From NCBI RefSeq assembly GCF_902713615.1, contig NC_052172.1, forward strand, positions 124,001-188,000: a stretch of DNA of 64,000 nucleotides, read 5' to 3'. The translations under genes and the position numbers were made by a program. The DNA is from Scyliorhinus canicula (taxonomy: Eukaryota). Of the stretch, positions 1-11,720 are shown in pieces. The stretch's first letter is position 1. The number at the start of each line of letters is the position of its first letter. The notes beneath the pieces are model-generated. The model was not told where the DNA came from. It did not search any database and saw only the letters and a program-made list of their open reading frames with translations.

Positions 1-1270
1 ACAAAATAGTGCAAATGGATCCTTGCACATTGATTGCTGAATCTATAGCCTAATTAATACTATACTGATTACTTAACAGATGAAATGCTGTTGTCGCAAC
101 AAGTTGATCCAACATTCCATGAGAGAGTAGGGGTGAATTGTGGAAAATTATCCCACCTGTCCTCTCGTGTATCTGCAAATAATATTTACATTTTCTCCAG
201 AGTTCCAGATTTACTTGAATTTCGTCAATTGGATAATGAGGACTGTTGGATTGGACATGTTTATCTGGGAGTTGAGCTGAATGTAAGTGTGACTGCTTCT
301 GTTCTCTGTGATGGTGGAGCTGATGTTGTGTCTGTGTCTCTGCAATGTTGGATTAATATTGTCCTTACTGTCAGTTAGAAGGCGACGGCGGCACATTCAT
401 GTTGCTGAGGAATCATCATCTTGGAACTCATCTCTTCATCTGTTGAACGAGGGGGAAGAAAACGTATCTCTTGTAAATCAGGGTCAGATGAGGCCAATGA
501 TAGATCAATCAAATCTTTCAATTTCTAATCAGTAAAATAAAGAAAATACTGTCCAAATCCTGCCCCAGAATCAGCCAGGCCCAGAAAGAGTTCTCCCTTC
601 CCCCCCGCTCACTCCAAGTCCCGGAACAAGATGGGGCTCCCGCTGCGCCTCTTGCAAACAGCCCCCAATTCTCCCTGAACTCCCCCCGAGTCAGTAATGA
701 TCTCTGAGCCTCTTTGCTCACACTCCCAAATGGATGAGCTGCTGCAATGAGAACGCTGTTTCCTCGCTGACCTGGGCCCTGACATTTCACTCAGTTTGAA
801 CAAAGCGTCTCCACTCACTGAGCAAAAGGAGAGTGTGGGGGAGGGGATGCGCATGCGCTCTCAATCGCAGAATGACTACCGGCAGGGGTGGGGCTACCCC
901 GGACATGCGCAGATCCCCGCACCAATTCCGCATTGAGAATCAATGGGAATATTCCCCATTTCACTGTCATCAAATATAGAGCGAAATCTCCTACAGAGCT
1001 CGTGTTGGTGGGGAACTGTGTGTGTGTGGGTGCAAGTGGCCCTGCGCCCAAGGGATCATTCAATCACCTTTGGAGCTGTGTGTTTGTCCCAATGAGATAT
1101 TCAATTTGCAGTCATTGCCTGCAGCTTGTTTGTTATTACACTGCCATTCAGCCCCTCAAACTCACACTTTCTGAAAACTAACATTTCACTGATTCACTTC
1201 ATTATCACCCATTTCCAATTGCAAAGTGAATTTGATTTATACAATCAACTGCTTTACTCACTGCCCTAAT
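1..1270 (-). repeat. Promoter/exon cassette, copy 1 (paralogous to 9810-11380 and to 23840-24014 + 30859-31990)
   Basis: Long near-identical stretches shared with the other copies. Contains NRF1-like GCGCATGCGC, the GGGAATATTCCC palindrome (945-956) and GTGAGT/GTAAG donors on the minus strand. Confidence 0.85.
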
Positions 1271-1910
1271 TTTGCACACACTCCTGGTTTAGCACATTCC
1301 TAGTTTTCTCACTCTCCTGGTTTCCACAGCCACTGGTTTATACATTTGCCTGGTTTAACACACACCCCTGCTCACACACTCTGGTTCTTCACACACACGG
1401 CTATTTGTTAGCATATCCGGGAATTAAATACTGTGCTGTTTTACACACTACCCCGGTTCGCTCGCTCCCCTGCTTTACTCGCTCCCCTGGTTCACTCACT
1501 GTCCTGTAATATTATTACATAAACTGGGAGTGTGTAAAGTCAGTGATGTGTGTACAACCAATGGATCGTGCAAAGCCATGGGTGCAAGTGTGTTAACAAG
1601 GAAAGTGTGAAAAAGTATGTGATTGTGCAAGCTGGGTGTCTGTGAACCAGGGTTGTGTAAAACCTATGAAGTGTGTAAGCCGGGCAGTGTGCAAACCCAG
1701 TGATTGTACAATACATGTAAAATTTGAGGCAGTAATACCAGGTGTGTGTGTGTAAAACCAGGTGTATAAGTATGTTTAAGAGAGGATTGTGAAAACCCGA
1801 CAATTACACAATATGAGTGTGTGTATTTGTTGAAATGGATAAAACCTGGGGAGTTAAAACCAGGAGTTTATAGAATTTGTGGTGAATGTGAACCAGGGGA
1901 GTGCTTCAAA
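1270..1910. repeat. Degenerate 17-bp minisatellite (consensus ~GTGTGTAAACCAGGGGA); orientation flips near 1500-1520
   Basis: CTGGTTT..CACACT units to ~1500, then GTGTGTAAAACCAGG units. Confidence 0.7.
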
Positions 1911-1914
1911 GCAG

Positions 1915-4118
1915 GAGATATATCCTTATATGTTATATCCAGCCAGGCCTGGGTCACATACCAGGGCAAAAAATATTGTTTTTAAGGCCCCAGCTGAAGC
2001 AGATACGTTTGTCACAGACTGCGGGCTGGGGCCGTGACCACAGGAGAGGCGGGAGGGGTCCAGGCGAAGAGCGGCAGCGCATTGGCAATCCAACAATTGG
2101 AGGGGGGAGGGGGAGAAAAGAACCTCACCCCTCCTCCACCCCCCACAACACAACTGACTGACGAAGAGGCGGAAGATGGTGGCCCAATACGTGCAGACAA
2201 GGGCAAAAGGCGGAGGACCAAGTATCGGGCATGATGTGGAAAGAACATACAGAAACCACAGAGATTGGGTGGAAGGACAGTGGGACAGTAACTCCCGGGA
2301 GGAGGGTCACCACACTAGCAGGAGAGCTAACGCCGGGAACATGCAGCAGATAGAGGCCGCGGTGGCCTTCCAACGGGGGGGGGGGGGGGGGCAGTGCCTG
2401 GCAGGGGGAGTGGGAACAAACAGCAGGGATGGAGAAGTATGGGGGAAAAATAGCTCGGGGAAAGGAAACAGAGGGGGAGGGGAAGGGAAAGGAGATAGGA
2501 GCGGGGGGACGGGAAGGGGAGGTGATGGGAAAAGGGACCTGGAAACCTGGAATATCAAGGGACTTAAAGGCCCAGTGAAAAGATTCAGAGTCTTTACCCA
2601 CTGAAGAAACATGAGAGCCGACATAGTCGTCCTCCAAGAGACACACCTGAGAGAGCAGGACCGGCTGTGGCTAAGGAAGGGCTGGGTGGGACAGACTTAC
2701 CATTCCTGCCATGGGACGAGGGCCGGGGGGGAGTGACATGTTTAAGGAGACGATGACGGTAATGGACCCAGGGGGATGGTACGTCATGGTTGGACGGCGC
2801 ACCGATAGTACTGTCAACGTGAACACTCTCAACTGGGACAACGCAAAATTCATTAACAAGATTTTTGTTAACAAGATATTTGTTAACAACATTTTGGGCA
2901 GCACGGTAGCATGGTGGTTAGCACAAATGCTTCACAGCTCCAGGGTCCCAGGTTCGATTCCCGGCTGGGTCACTGTCTGTGCGGAGTCTGCACGTCCTCC
3001 CAGTGTGTGCGTGGGTTTCCTCCGGTTTCCTCCCACAGTCCAAAGATGTGCGGGTTAGGTGGATTGGCTATGCTAAATTGCCCTTAGTGTCCTTAAATTG
3101 CCCTTAGTGTCCTAAAAAAATAAGGGGGGGGGGGGGGGTTGTTACTGGTATAGGGTGGATACGTTGGGTTGAGTAGGGTGATCATTGCTCGGCACAACAT
3201 CGAGGGCCGAAGGGCCTGTTCTGTGCTGTACTGTTCTGAGACAAAGTCGGAAATCCCCTACATAGCGACACACCGACTTATCATGGTTTGGGGGGGGGGG
3301 GGGGGGGAGAGACTTTAACTGTGTACAGGACACATGGACAGACAGCTCAAACCCTGGAACGGGGAAGACCTTGAACATGGCGAAGGAACCCGGTCGCTTC
3401 ATGGGGCAGATGGGGGCGGTGGGAGGTTCACCCACCCAGGGCAGCAGGATTTCTCCTTGTTCTCACCAGTCCACAACATATACTTGAGGAGTCACTTCTT
3501 TCTGGTTGGAAAATCGGTGCTCCCAGAGCTGGTCAAGGCGGAGTCTCCGTAATCGTAATCTCAGACCATGCTCCACATTATATGGATGTGAGGTTGGAGA
3601 TGGGCAGTACCCAATGCCCCACATAGAGGTTGGACGCTGCCCTACTGGCCAACATGGCTTTCAGCGAGAGGGTATCACAGGCCATAGCGGAGAATACGAC
3701 AAACAACCAAAATGGGGAGGTCTCAGCCTCCATGTCTGGGAGGAGCTAAAGTCCGTGATTGGAGGGGAAACTATTGCCTTTAAAGCACAAAGGGAGAGAG
3801 GAGAGAGTGGCTAGGCAGCAGTCACCCCAACAATAGAGCTCTTGGCAGAGAGGGAAAAGCAACAAATGGACTTTGACCTGCTCTCCACGAGTAAAGAGGT
3901 GCACCAACTCCACCAAGCACGGGGAACCCTATACAAACACGGGGACAAAGCCAGCCGCCTGTTGGCACACCAGCAGAGAAGGCCAGCTGAGCAGCCAACA
4001 GAAAGATTGTGCAAATTTGGCACAACAGAGGCACACTAGAAACAGACCCAAACAAGGTTAACAAGACCTTTAAGGACTTTTACCGGGGACTGCACACCTC
4101 AGATCCCCCAACAGGGGA
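1915..4118 (+). mobile_element. L1-clade LINE, 5'-truncated and degenerate (ORF1 C-terminus, spacer, ORF2 endonuclease/tether); resumes at 7769
   Basis: TWNIKGLKGPVKR..RADIVVLQETHL APE motif and YKHGDKASRLLAHQ; closely matches the element at 33460-42912. Confidence 0.9.
2896..3237 (+). mobile_element. HE1-type tRNA-derived V-SINE inserted in L1
   Basis: GGGCAGCACGGTAGCATGGTGGTTAGC head, GGTTCGATTCC B box, V-domain GTGGGTTTCCTCC, CR1-derived tail. Confidence 0.9.
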
Positions 4119-4196
4119 ACATCGAACATCGAAAAATACTGCACAGAACAGGCCCTTCGGCCCATGATGTTGTGCCGAACCTTTGTCCTAGATTAA

Positions 4197-4553
4197 TCAT
4201 AGATTATCATAGAATTTACAGTGCCGAAGGAGGCCACTCGGCCCATCGAGTCTGCACCAGCTCTTGGAAAGAGCACCCTACCCGGGGCCAACACCTCAAC
4301 CCTATCCCCATAACCCAGTAACCCCACCCAACACTGACGGCAGTTTTGGACACCAAGGGCAATTTATCATGGCCAATCCACCTAACCTGCACATCATTGG
4401 ACTGTGGGAGAAAACCGGAGCACCCGGAGGAAACCCACGCACACACGGGGAGGATGTGCAGACTCCGCACAGACAGTGACCCAAGGCGGAATCAAACCTG
4501 GGACCCTGGAGCTGTGAAGCAATTGTGCTCACCACAATGCTACCGTGCTGCCC
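4197..4553 (-). mobile_element. HE1-type V-SINE within the CR1 3' UTR
   Basis: Reverse complement of SINE head, core and tail. Confidence 0.9.
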
Positions 4554-4754
4554 TTAAGAACAAATTAATCTACACTCCATTTTTCTACCATTATCCATGT
4601 ACATAATCAATAGCCGCTTGAAGGTCCCTAATGTTGTCGATTCAACTACATCCACAGGCAGTGCATTCCATGCCCCCACTACTCTCTGGGTAAAGAACCT
4701 ACATCTGACATCCCCCCTGTATCTTCCACCATTCACCTTAAATTTATGTACCCT

Positions 4755-6266
4755 TGTAAGGGGTCATACGTGATTGAATCACTGCTAGTGATTGCGATCC
4801 TCGTCATACTCGTACAGACCCTCAGGTTGAGGAAATGGAAAAAGAGAGCCTCCCGTTCCTGCCCCTCAACCGTCTATGGAGTTCGATCCCCTATTTTTCG
4901 GTTTCATCAATCCCCTTTGCCCCATGATGAATAAAGCACTGTGTGAATAAAATAAAATATACCCATGTATTATATTGTCCTGAACTCGACTGCCGAGTCA
5001 GGAAATGTTATGTGATGTGGTATGAATGGATGAGGTTTAGTCTGTAATGAAATGTTTAAGGTAAGATAAGGATAATTGTGATAGGTAGAGGTTCCCGGTT
5101 TGAGGTAATGCATGTCCCCTTTGACATAGCGCCAAGTAGAGATGTCAGGTAAAAATTTTTCTTCCCATAGTTTAAGGACAGAGTAGACGCTCAGGAGCTT
5201 ACCGAGGTCAGGGAACACAAAGAAGGCAACCCAGATGCACTCGAGGCAACGTACATAGGTGATCCTTCACAATATTTTGATTGTGAGGATCACAAGGAGG
5301 GAATGTAGCCACTGTAGCCACCTAAAATGGACACTGAACTAAACAAAATGGAGAATCGCTAAGACTGCAGGGAAAAACAGTTTAGCCAAGGCTGCAGCCT
5401 GCAAAACTCATTAGCATTTTGCAAGCAGCAAAACTAGTTTCTGGCCAGGTGGAAGATCTCAAACCAAAGGTGATAATGGCAGAACGTTTTACATACTAAT
5501 GAGGCAGTCCAGATCTAGGCACACACAATGGCAACATTTGGGTTTGAATAAGATACTTTAAGTGGATGTCCAGACAGAGCGGCACCAGAAGTATCCACTA
5601 TAGAAACCGCCCCCGCCATCAAGAGAGACCCTCACATTGGAGGAATTCATAAGATATCGATTGGGAGCGATCCAATCGATACCTGAAGGTAAAGCCCGCC
5701 CAGGAAAAGGCAAGGACATTGGGGACCCCTATAAAAGTAGACCCCCACACATGGTCCTGTCTGTTGTTTCGTGCTCCGGCTTTGACCAAGAACTCCAACC
5801 TGTATCCTGACTCCAGCCGTTGAGCACCAGCCGCCGAACCGTAAGTGCCAATACGACGCTCGCTACGCGAACCAAGCCCGCTAGACCCCCAGTGACCAGC
5901 ACGCTTTCTGAAGGTTGCAGACCAAGACCGGGACGAAGGCCTCGTTCCCTGACCTTGCCTGTTCCTGTTTAGTTAAGTATTCTGATTGCTTAGTTTAGTC
6001 ATAGCTTAGTCCCTTAGTGTGTGCATGCGTATTTATTATAATTGTATAATAAATATTGATCGTTTGGAACTTACTAATCGGTGTATCGTTTTATTATTTT
6101 GAACCTGACCTTGGAATATTTGTGAGGTGTCTATACGGCATCTGGCGACTCCTGAGCTGAAAAATACATACACAGAGCCTAGTAGTGTTAAGCACACGGC
6201 CTTCAACGGAGGCAAGTTAATACACTCCAATAAACGCGTTTTACACCCATAGCAAAACGTGCAACA
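4755..6266 (+). mobile_element. Endogenous retrovirus 3' end: putative env TM/cytoplasmic tail, PPT and ~960-bp 3' LTR (5304-6266)
   Basis: Hydrophobic-then-basic peptide VIESLLVIAILVILVQTLRLRKWKKR*; purine tract AAGGAGGGAA directly before TGTAGC; LTR ends GCAACA; internal TATAAAA (~5730) and AATAAA. Confidence 0.65.
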
Positions 6267-7768
6267 CTGACTTCAACCCATACTACCTCAGTAGGCACAT
6301 CCTACTTGAACTGCATTTCTGCAGCTGTTGTACTATCTCTAATTAAGAATGCCACCCCCCCCCCCCAACCTCTTTTACCATCCTCCCTAATCTTGTTTAA
6401 ACATCTATAACCAGGGACCTCCAACAACCATTTCTGCCCCTTTTCTATCCAAGTTTCCGTGATGGCCACCACATCCTAGTCCCAAGTACCGATCCATGCC
6501 TTAAGTTCACCCAACTTATTCCTGATGCTTCTTGCGTTGAAGTATACACACTTCAACCCATCTCCGTGCCTGCAAGTACTCTCCTTTGTCAGTGTTACCT
6601 TCCCCACTGCGTCACTACATGCTTTGGTGAGCTGAATATCGGCTTCCTTAGTTGCTGGATAACAAATCCATTTCCCATTCCCCTGCCAAATTAGTTTAAA
6701 CCCTCCCGAAGAGTACTAGCAAACCACCCCCCCAGGATATTGGTGCTCCTCCAGTTCAGATGCAACCCGTCCTGCTTGTACAATCCCCTATTACTATTGC
6801 TTTTCTATCCCCCCACTTCCCTTCTGAGCCCCAGAGCCAGACTCAGTGCGAGAGACCTGGCCGCTAGGGCCTTCCCCCGGTAGGTCATCCCCCCAACAGC
6901 ATCCAAAATAGTATACTTGTTTTGAATGGGAATGGCCACGAGGGATCCCTGCACTGTCTGCCCATTTGTTTTCCTTCCCCTGACTGTAACCCAGCTACTC
7001 TTGTCCTGCACCTTGGGTGCAGTTACCTCCCTGTACCTGCATATTACCCCCTCTGCCTCCTGGATGATCCGAAGTTCATCCAGCTCCAGCTCTAGTTCCC
7101 TAACACGGTCTCCGAGGAGCTGGAGTTGGGTGCACTTCCCGCAGGTATAGTCAGAGGGGACACCGGTGGTATCCCTCACCACCCACATCCTACAGGAGGA
7201 GTATGCAACTGCCCGAGCCTCCATCCCCTCTTACTTTACAGAATATAGCTGCCCTGTGGACCAACTGGACGTCCACCCTCTGACTCTGCTCCCAGTCAGC
7301 TGCACTCTGTGAACTCCTGGCTCCCTTCTCGTTCTTTGCAGAAATGAAATGAAAGGAACACCTTTCTCCCTCCTCACCTAATTCTTACTACAGCACTCAA
7401 ATGCACCAAATTCAGCACTCCCTCAGTCACCAAACTCTCACTACAGCACTCAAATGCACCACGTTCAGCAGTCAGTGCAAACAAAGTCTGCACTGTAGCT
7501 GGATCCTATTTATACTGTGAATCTAGCCTCTGAAAACTGGCCTTATCCAATTAACTAATTAACAAGCTCCAGCTGCAAATACCTACAAGTTGAACCTTGT
7601 TAAAGCTGATTGAAAATTCACCTTCTTCTAAACCAAACAGCACCTTTTAAGTGAATTAAGTAAATAAAAGAAAGACTAGACTTTAGATAAAAATGAACCC
7701 TTATACTCCCTCAATCACCAAACTCTCACTATAGCACTCAAATGCACCAAATACAGCACTCAGTGCAA

Positions 7769-7905
7769 ACTCGTGGATGAAGATATTCCTCGATGGACTG
7801 GACTTGCCAGTTCTGGAGGAGGACAGGAAACGGGGCCTGGGAGCACTGCTGGAACTGAGAGAGATCATGGAGAGTATAAGCTCCATGCAGGCCGAAAACA
7901 AAGTC
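7769..7905 (+). mobile_element. Continuation of L1 ORF2 after the nested CR1
   Basis: MKIFLDGLDLPVL..LREIMESISSMQA, collinear with the L1 copy at 37190-37320. Confidence 0.8.
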
Positions 7906-8880
7906 CAGGGGAGTACATAAAGGAGGGGTCCTATGAAGCAGGGGGATGTATCAAGCATGTCAATGCATAGAGCAGGGTGATATGTAAACCAGGGGAGTGT
8001 ATCAAGCAGAGGAGTGTATAAAGCAGGGGGTGTATTAAGCAGCAGGATGGATGAAGCATGGGAGTGTATACAGCAGGGGGATGTGTAAACCAAGGGACTG
8101 CATAAAGCAGGGGGGGGTGCATCACGCAGGGGGGGTGCATCACGCAGGGGGGGTGCATCACGCAGGGGGGGGTGCATCACGCAGGGGGGGTGCATCACGC
8201 AGGGGGGGGTGCATCACGCAGGGGGGGGTGCATCACGCAGGGGCGGTGCATCACGCAGGGGGGGTGCATCACGCAGGGGGGGGTGCATCACGCAGGGGGG
8301 GGTGCATCACGCAGGGGGGGTGCATCACGCAGGGGGGGGTGCATCACGCAGGGGGGGGTGCATCACGCAGGGGGGGGGTGCATCACGCAGGGGGGGGTGC
8401 ATCACGCAGGGGGGGGGTGCATCACGCAGGGGGGGTGCATCACGCAGGCGGGGTGCATCACGCAGGGGGGGGTGCATCACGCAGGGGGGGGTGCATCACG
8501 CAGGGGGGGGTGTATCACGCAGGGGGGGGTGCATCACGCAGGGGGGGTGCATCACGCAGGGGGAGTGCATCACGCAGGGGAGTGCATCACGCAGGGGAGT
8601 GCATCACGCAGGGGAGTGCATCACGCAGGGGAGTGCATCATGCAGGGGAGTGTATGAAGCAGAGGAGTGTGGAAAACGGGAGTGTAGAAAGCAGGGGAGT
8701 GCGTATAATGCAGGCGAGTCTGTGTAATGCAGGGGAGTGTGTGAAGCAGGGGAAAGAGCAAATTAGGGGAATGTGTAAATTAGGGGAGGTATCTCAACCA
8801 GGGGAGTGTATGGAACCTGGTAAAGATGCACAATAAGAGCGTGTGCAAATTGGGGAGTGTGTACATCAGTTGAGAGCTCA
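7905..8880 (+). repeat. 17-bp-family array including a homogeneous TGCATCACGCA(G)n block (~8107-8650)
   Basis: About 30 directly visible tandem units with variable G runs. Confidence 0.95.
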
Positions 8881-8884
8881 AACG

Positions 8885-9525
8885 AGGGGAGTGTGAAACC
8901 AAGTCAGCATGCAAACCAGGGGAGTGCGTAACCAAGTCAGCATGCAAACCAGGGCAGTGTGAAACCAAGTCAGCATGCAAACCAGGGCAGTGTGAAACCA
9001 AGTCAGCATGCAAACCAGGGCAGTGTGAAACCAAGTCAGCATGCAAACCAGGGCAGTGTGAAACCAAGTCAGCATGCAAACCAGGGCAGTGTGTAACCAA
9101 GTCAGCATGCAAACCAGGGCAGTGTGAAACCAAGTCAGCATGCAAACCAGGGGAGTGTGAAACCAAGTCAGCATGCAAACCAGGGCAGTGTGAAACCAAG
9201 TCAGCATGCAAACCAGGGGAGTGTGAAACCAAGTCAGCATGCAAACCAGGGGAGTGTGAAACCAAGTCAGCATGCAAACCAGGGGAGTGTGAAACCAAGT
9301 CAGCATGCAAACCAGGGGAGTGTGAAACCAAGTCAGCATGCAAACCAGGGCAGTGTGAAACCAAGTCAGCATGCAAACCAGGGCAGTGTGAAACCAAGTC
9401 AGCATGCAAACCAGGGGAGTGTGAAACCAAGTCAGCATGCAAACCAGAGGAGTGTGAAACCAAGTCAGCATGCAAACCAGGGGAGTGTGAAACCAAGTCA
9501 GCATGCAAACCAGAGGAGTGTGAAA
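8885..9525 (+). repeat. 33-bp tandem repeat (~19 copies), a dimer of the 17-bp family
   Basis: GTGTGAAACCAAGTCAGCATGCAAACCAGGG(G/C)A repeated; 11-aa periodicity in overlapping ORFs. Confidence 0.95.
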
Positions 9526-9809
9526 AAACAGTTTGTAACAGGGCATAGTGTATATCAGGGGAGAGGTTCACAGCGCCATGGTCCAAGATTTGTTTCCCAC
9601 TTGGTCGCTGCCTCTGAAGAGTCTGCACATTTTCCCCGTGTCTCCATGGGTTTCCTCCACATGCTCCCGTTTCCTCCCAGAAGTCCCGAAAGACATGCTT
9701 GTTATGTGAATTGGACATTACCCCAATATTTTATTTTGGACTTGTCTCAGTACAAATTTAGGATTAGAGCATAGAACATAGAACAGTACAGCACAGAACA
9801 GGCCCATCA

Positions 9810-11380
9810 GCCTGTTAATTATTAATTATGTATTTTTCAATCAGCTGTACTATCTGACTTTTTACATGTGCCTAAGGTTCACAACTTGTGAGATTAAAGT
9901 GCTTTTGAAACATTTTAGTCCAACAAAGTTTCAAAACAGTGCAAATGGATACTTCCACATTGATTGCTCAATCTATAGCCTAATTAATACTTTCCTGATT
10001 AATTTACAGATGAAAAGCTGTTATCAAAACAAATTGATTCGAAGTTCCATGATAGGGCAGCAAGATAGCACAAGTGGATAGCACTGTGGCTTCACAGCCC
10101 CAGGGTCCCAGGTTGGATTACCCGCTGGGACACTGTCTGTGTTGAGTCTGCACATTCTCCCCGTATCTGCGTGGGTTTCCTCCCACAGTCCAAAGTCATG
10201 AAGGTCAGGTGGATTGGCCATGATAAATTGCCCTTAGTGAGCAAAAAATGTTAGGTGGGGTTATTGGGTTATGGTGAAAGTGAGGGCTTAAGTGGGTTGG
10301 TGCAGACTCGATGGGCCAAATGGCCTCTTTCTGCACTGTATTCAAAAAGTTCATGGACTAGGAGTGAATTGTGGAAAATTATCCCACCTGCCCTCTCGTG
10401 TATCACTGTTGGATTGGACATGTTTATCTGGGAGTTGAGCTCAATGTGAGTGTGACTGCTTCTGTTCCCCGTGACGGTGGAGCTGATGTTGTGTCTGTGT
10501 CTCTGCAATGTTGGATTAATATTGTACTTACTGTCAGTTAGAAGGAGACGGCTGCACATTCATGTTGCTGAAGAATCATCATCTTGTTCTGGGAACTCAT
10601 CTCTTCATCAGTTGAACTAGGGGGAAGAAAACAAATATCTTGTAAATCAGGGTCAGATGAGGCCAATGATAGATCAATCAATTCTTTCAACTGATAATTA
10701 GTAAAAATAGAAAATACTGTCCAAATCCTGCCCCAGAATCAGACAATAAGCCAGGCCCAGAAAGAGCTCTCCCTTCCCCCCGCTCACTCCAAGTCCCGGA
10801 ACAAGATGGGGCTCCCGCTGCGCCTCTTGCAAACAGCCCCCGATTCTCCCTGAACTCCCCCCGAGTCAGTAATGATCTCTGAGCCTCTTTGCTCAAACTC
10901 CCAAATGGATGAGCTGCTGCAATGAGAACGCTGTTTCCCTCGCTGACCTGGGCGCTGACATTTCACTCAGTTTGAACAAAGCGTCTCCACTCACTGAGCA
11001 AATGGAGTGTGTGTGAGGGCGGGGCTGCGCATGCGCGCTTAATCTCAATGACGACATGCAGGGGGCGGGGCTACCCCGGGCATGCGCAGATCCGCGCAGC
11101 AATTCCGCTTTGAGAATCAATGGGAATATTCCCCATTTCACTGTCATCACATTTGGAGCAAAACCTCCGATAGAGCCCGTGTTGGGGGGACTGTGTGTGT
11201 GTGGGTGCAAGTGGCCCTGCGCCCCAGGGCTCAACCAATCACCTTTGTAGCTGTGTGTTTGTCCCAATGAGATATTCAATTTGCAGCCATTGCCTGCAGC
11301 TTGTTTGTTATTACACTGCCATTCAGCCCCTCAAACTCACACTTTCTGCAAACTAACATTCCACTGACTGACTTAATTTT
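9810..11380 (-). repeat. Promoter/exon cassette, copy 2 (most complete)
   Basis: CCAAT (~11235), GC boxes, GCGCATGCGC, palindrome 11122-11133, donor CA|GTGAGT (~10995), pyrimidine tract+TAG acceptor (~10617), donor ACA|GTAAGT (~10531). Confidence 0.85.
10055..10340 (+). mobile_element. HE1-type V-SINE (specific to cassette copy 2)
   Basis: SINE head, core and tail; absent from copies 1 and 3. Confidence 0.85.
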
Positions 11381-11382
11381 CC

Positions 11383-11720
11383 ATAGAAACCGAGAATTAC
11401 TGCAGGGCAGAAGGAGGCAATTCGGCCCATCACCGTCCCTCGGAAAGAGCATCCCACCTTGGCGCACTCCCCGCCCTATCTCCATAAACCCGAGACCCCA
11501 CTGAACCAACACATCCTTGGAGACGAAGCGGTAATTCAGCATTGCCAATCCACCTAACCTGCACATCTTTGGCCTGTGGGAGGAAATCTGAGCACCCGGG
11601 GGGAACCCACCCACACACACGGGGAGAAGGTCCAAACCCCCACACAGGCAGTCACCCACCTCTGGAATTAAACCCAGGTCTCTGGCACAGTGAGGCAGCA
11701 GTGCTAACCACTGTTCCACC
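11383..11720 (-). mobile_element. HE1-type V-SINE, diverged
   Basis: Reverse complement of the V-domain and tRNA head. Confidence 0.8.

Larger units (their letters stand above)
4119..7768 (-). mobile_element. CR1 (HER1-like) LINE nested in L1; both ends present, most of ORF2 replaced by an ERV fragment
   Basis: ORF1 N-terminus MEARAVAYSSCRMW..YTCGKC (6805-7224); RT C-terminus RFFTQRVVGAWNALP (4554-4736); L1 sequence rejoins across it. Confidence 0.85.

Noticed and set aside
8051-9774. Repetitive ORFs and a CRISPR-like look of the 33-bp array
   Set aside because: Head-to-tail repeats with no unique spacers, open in several frames on both strands; eukaryotic context, no cas genes
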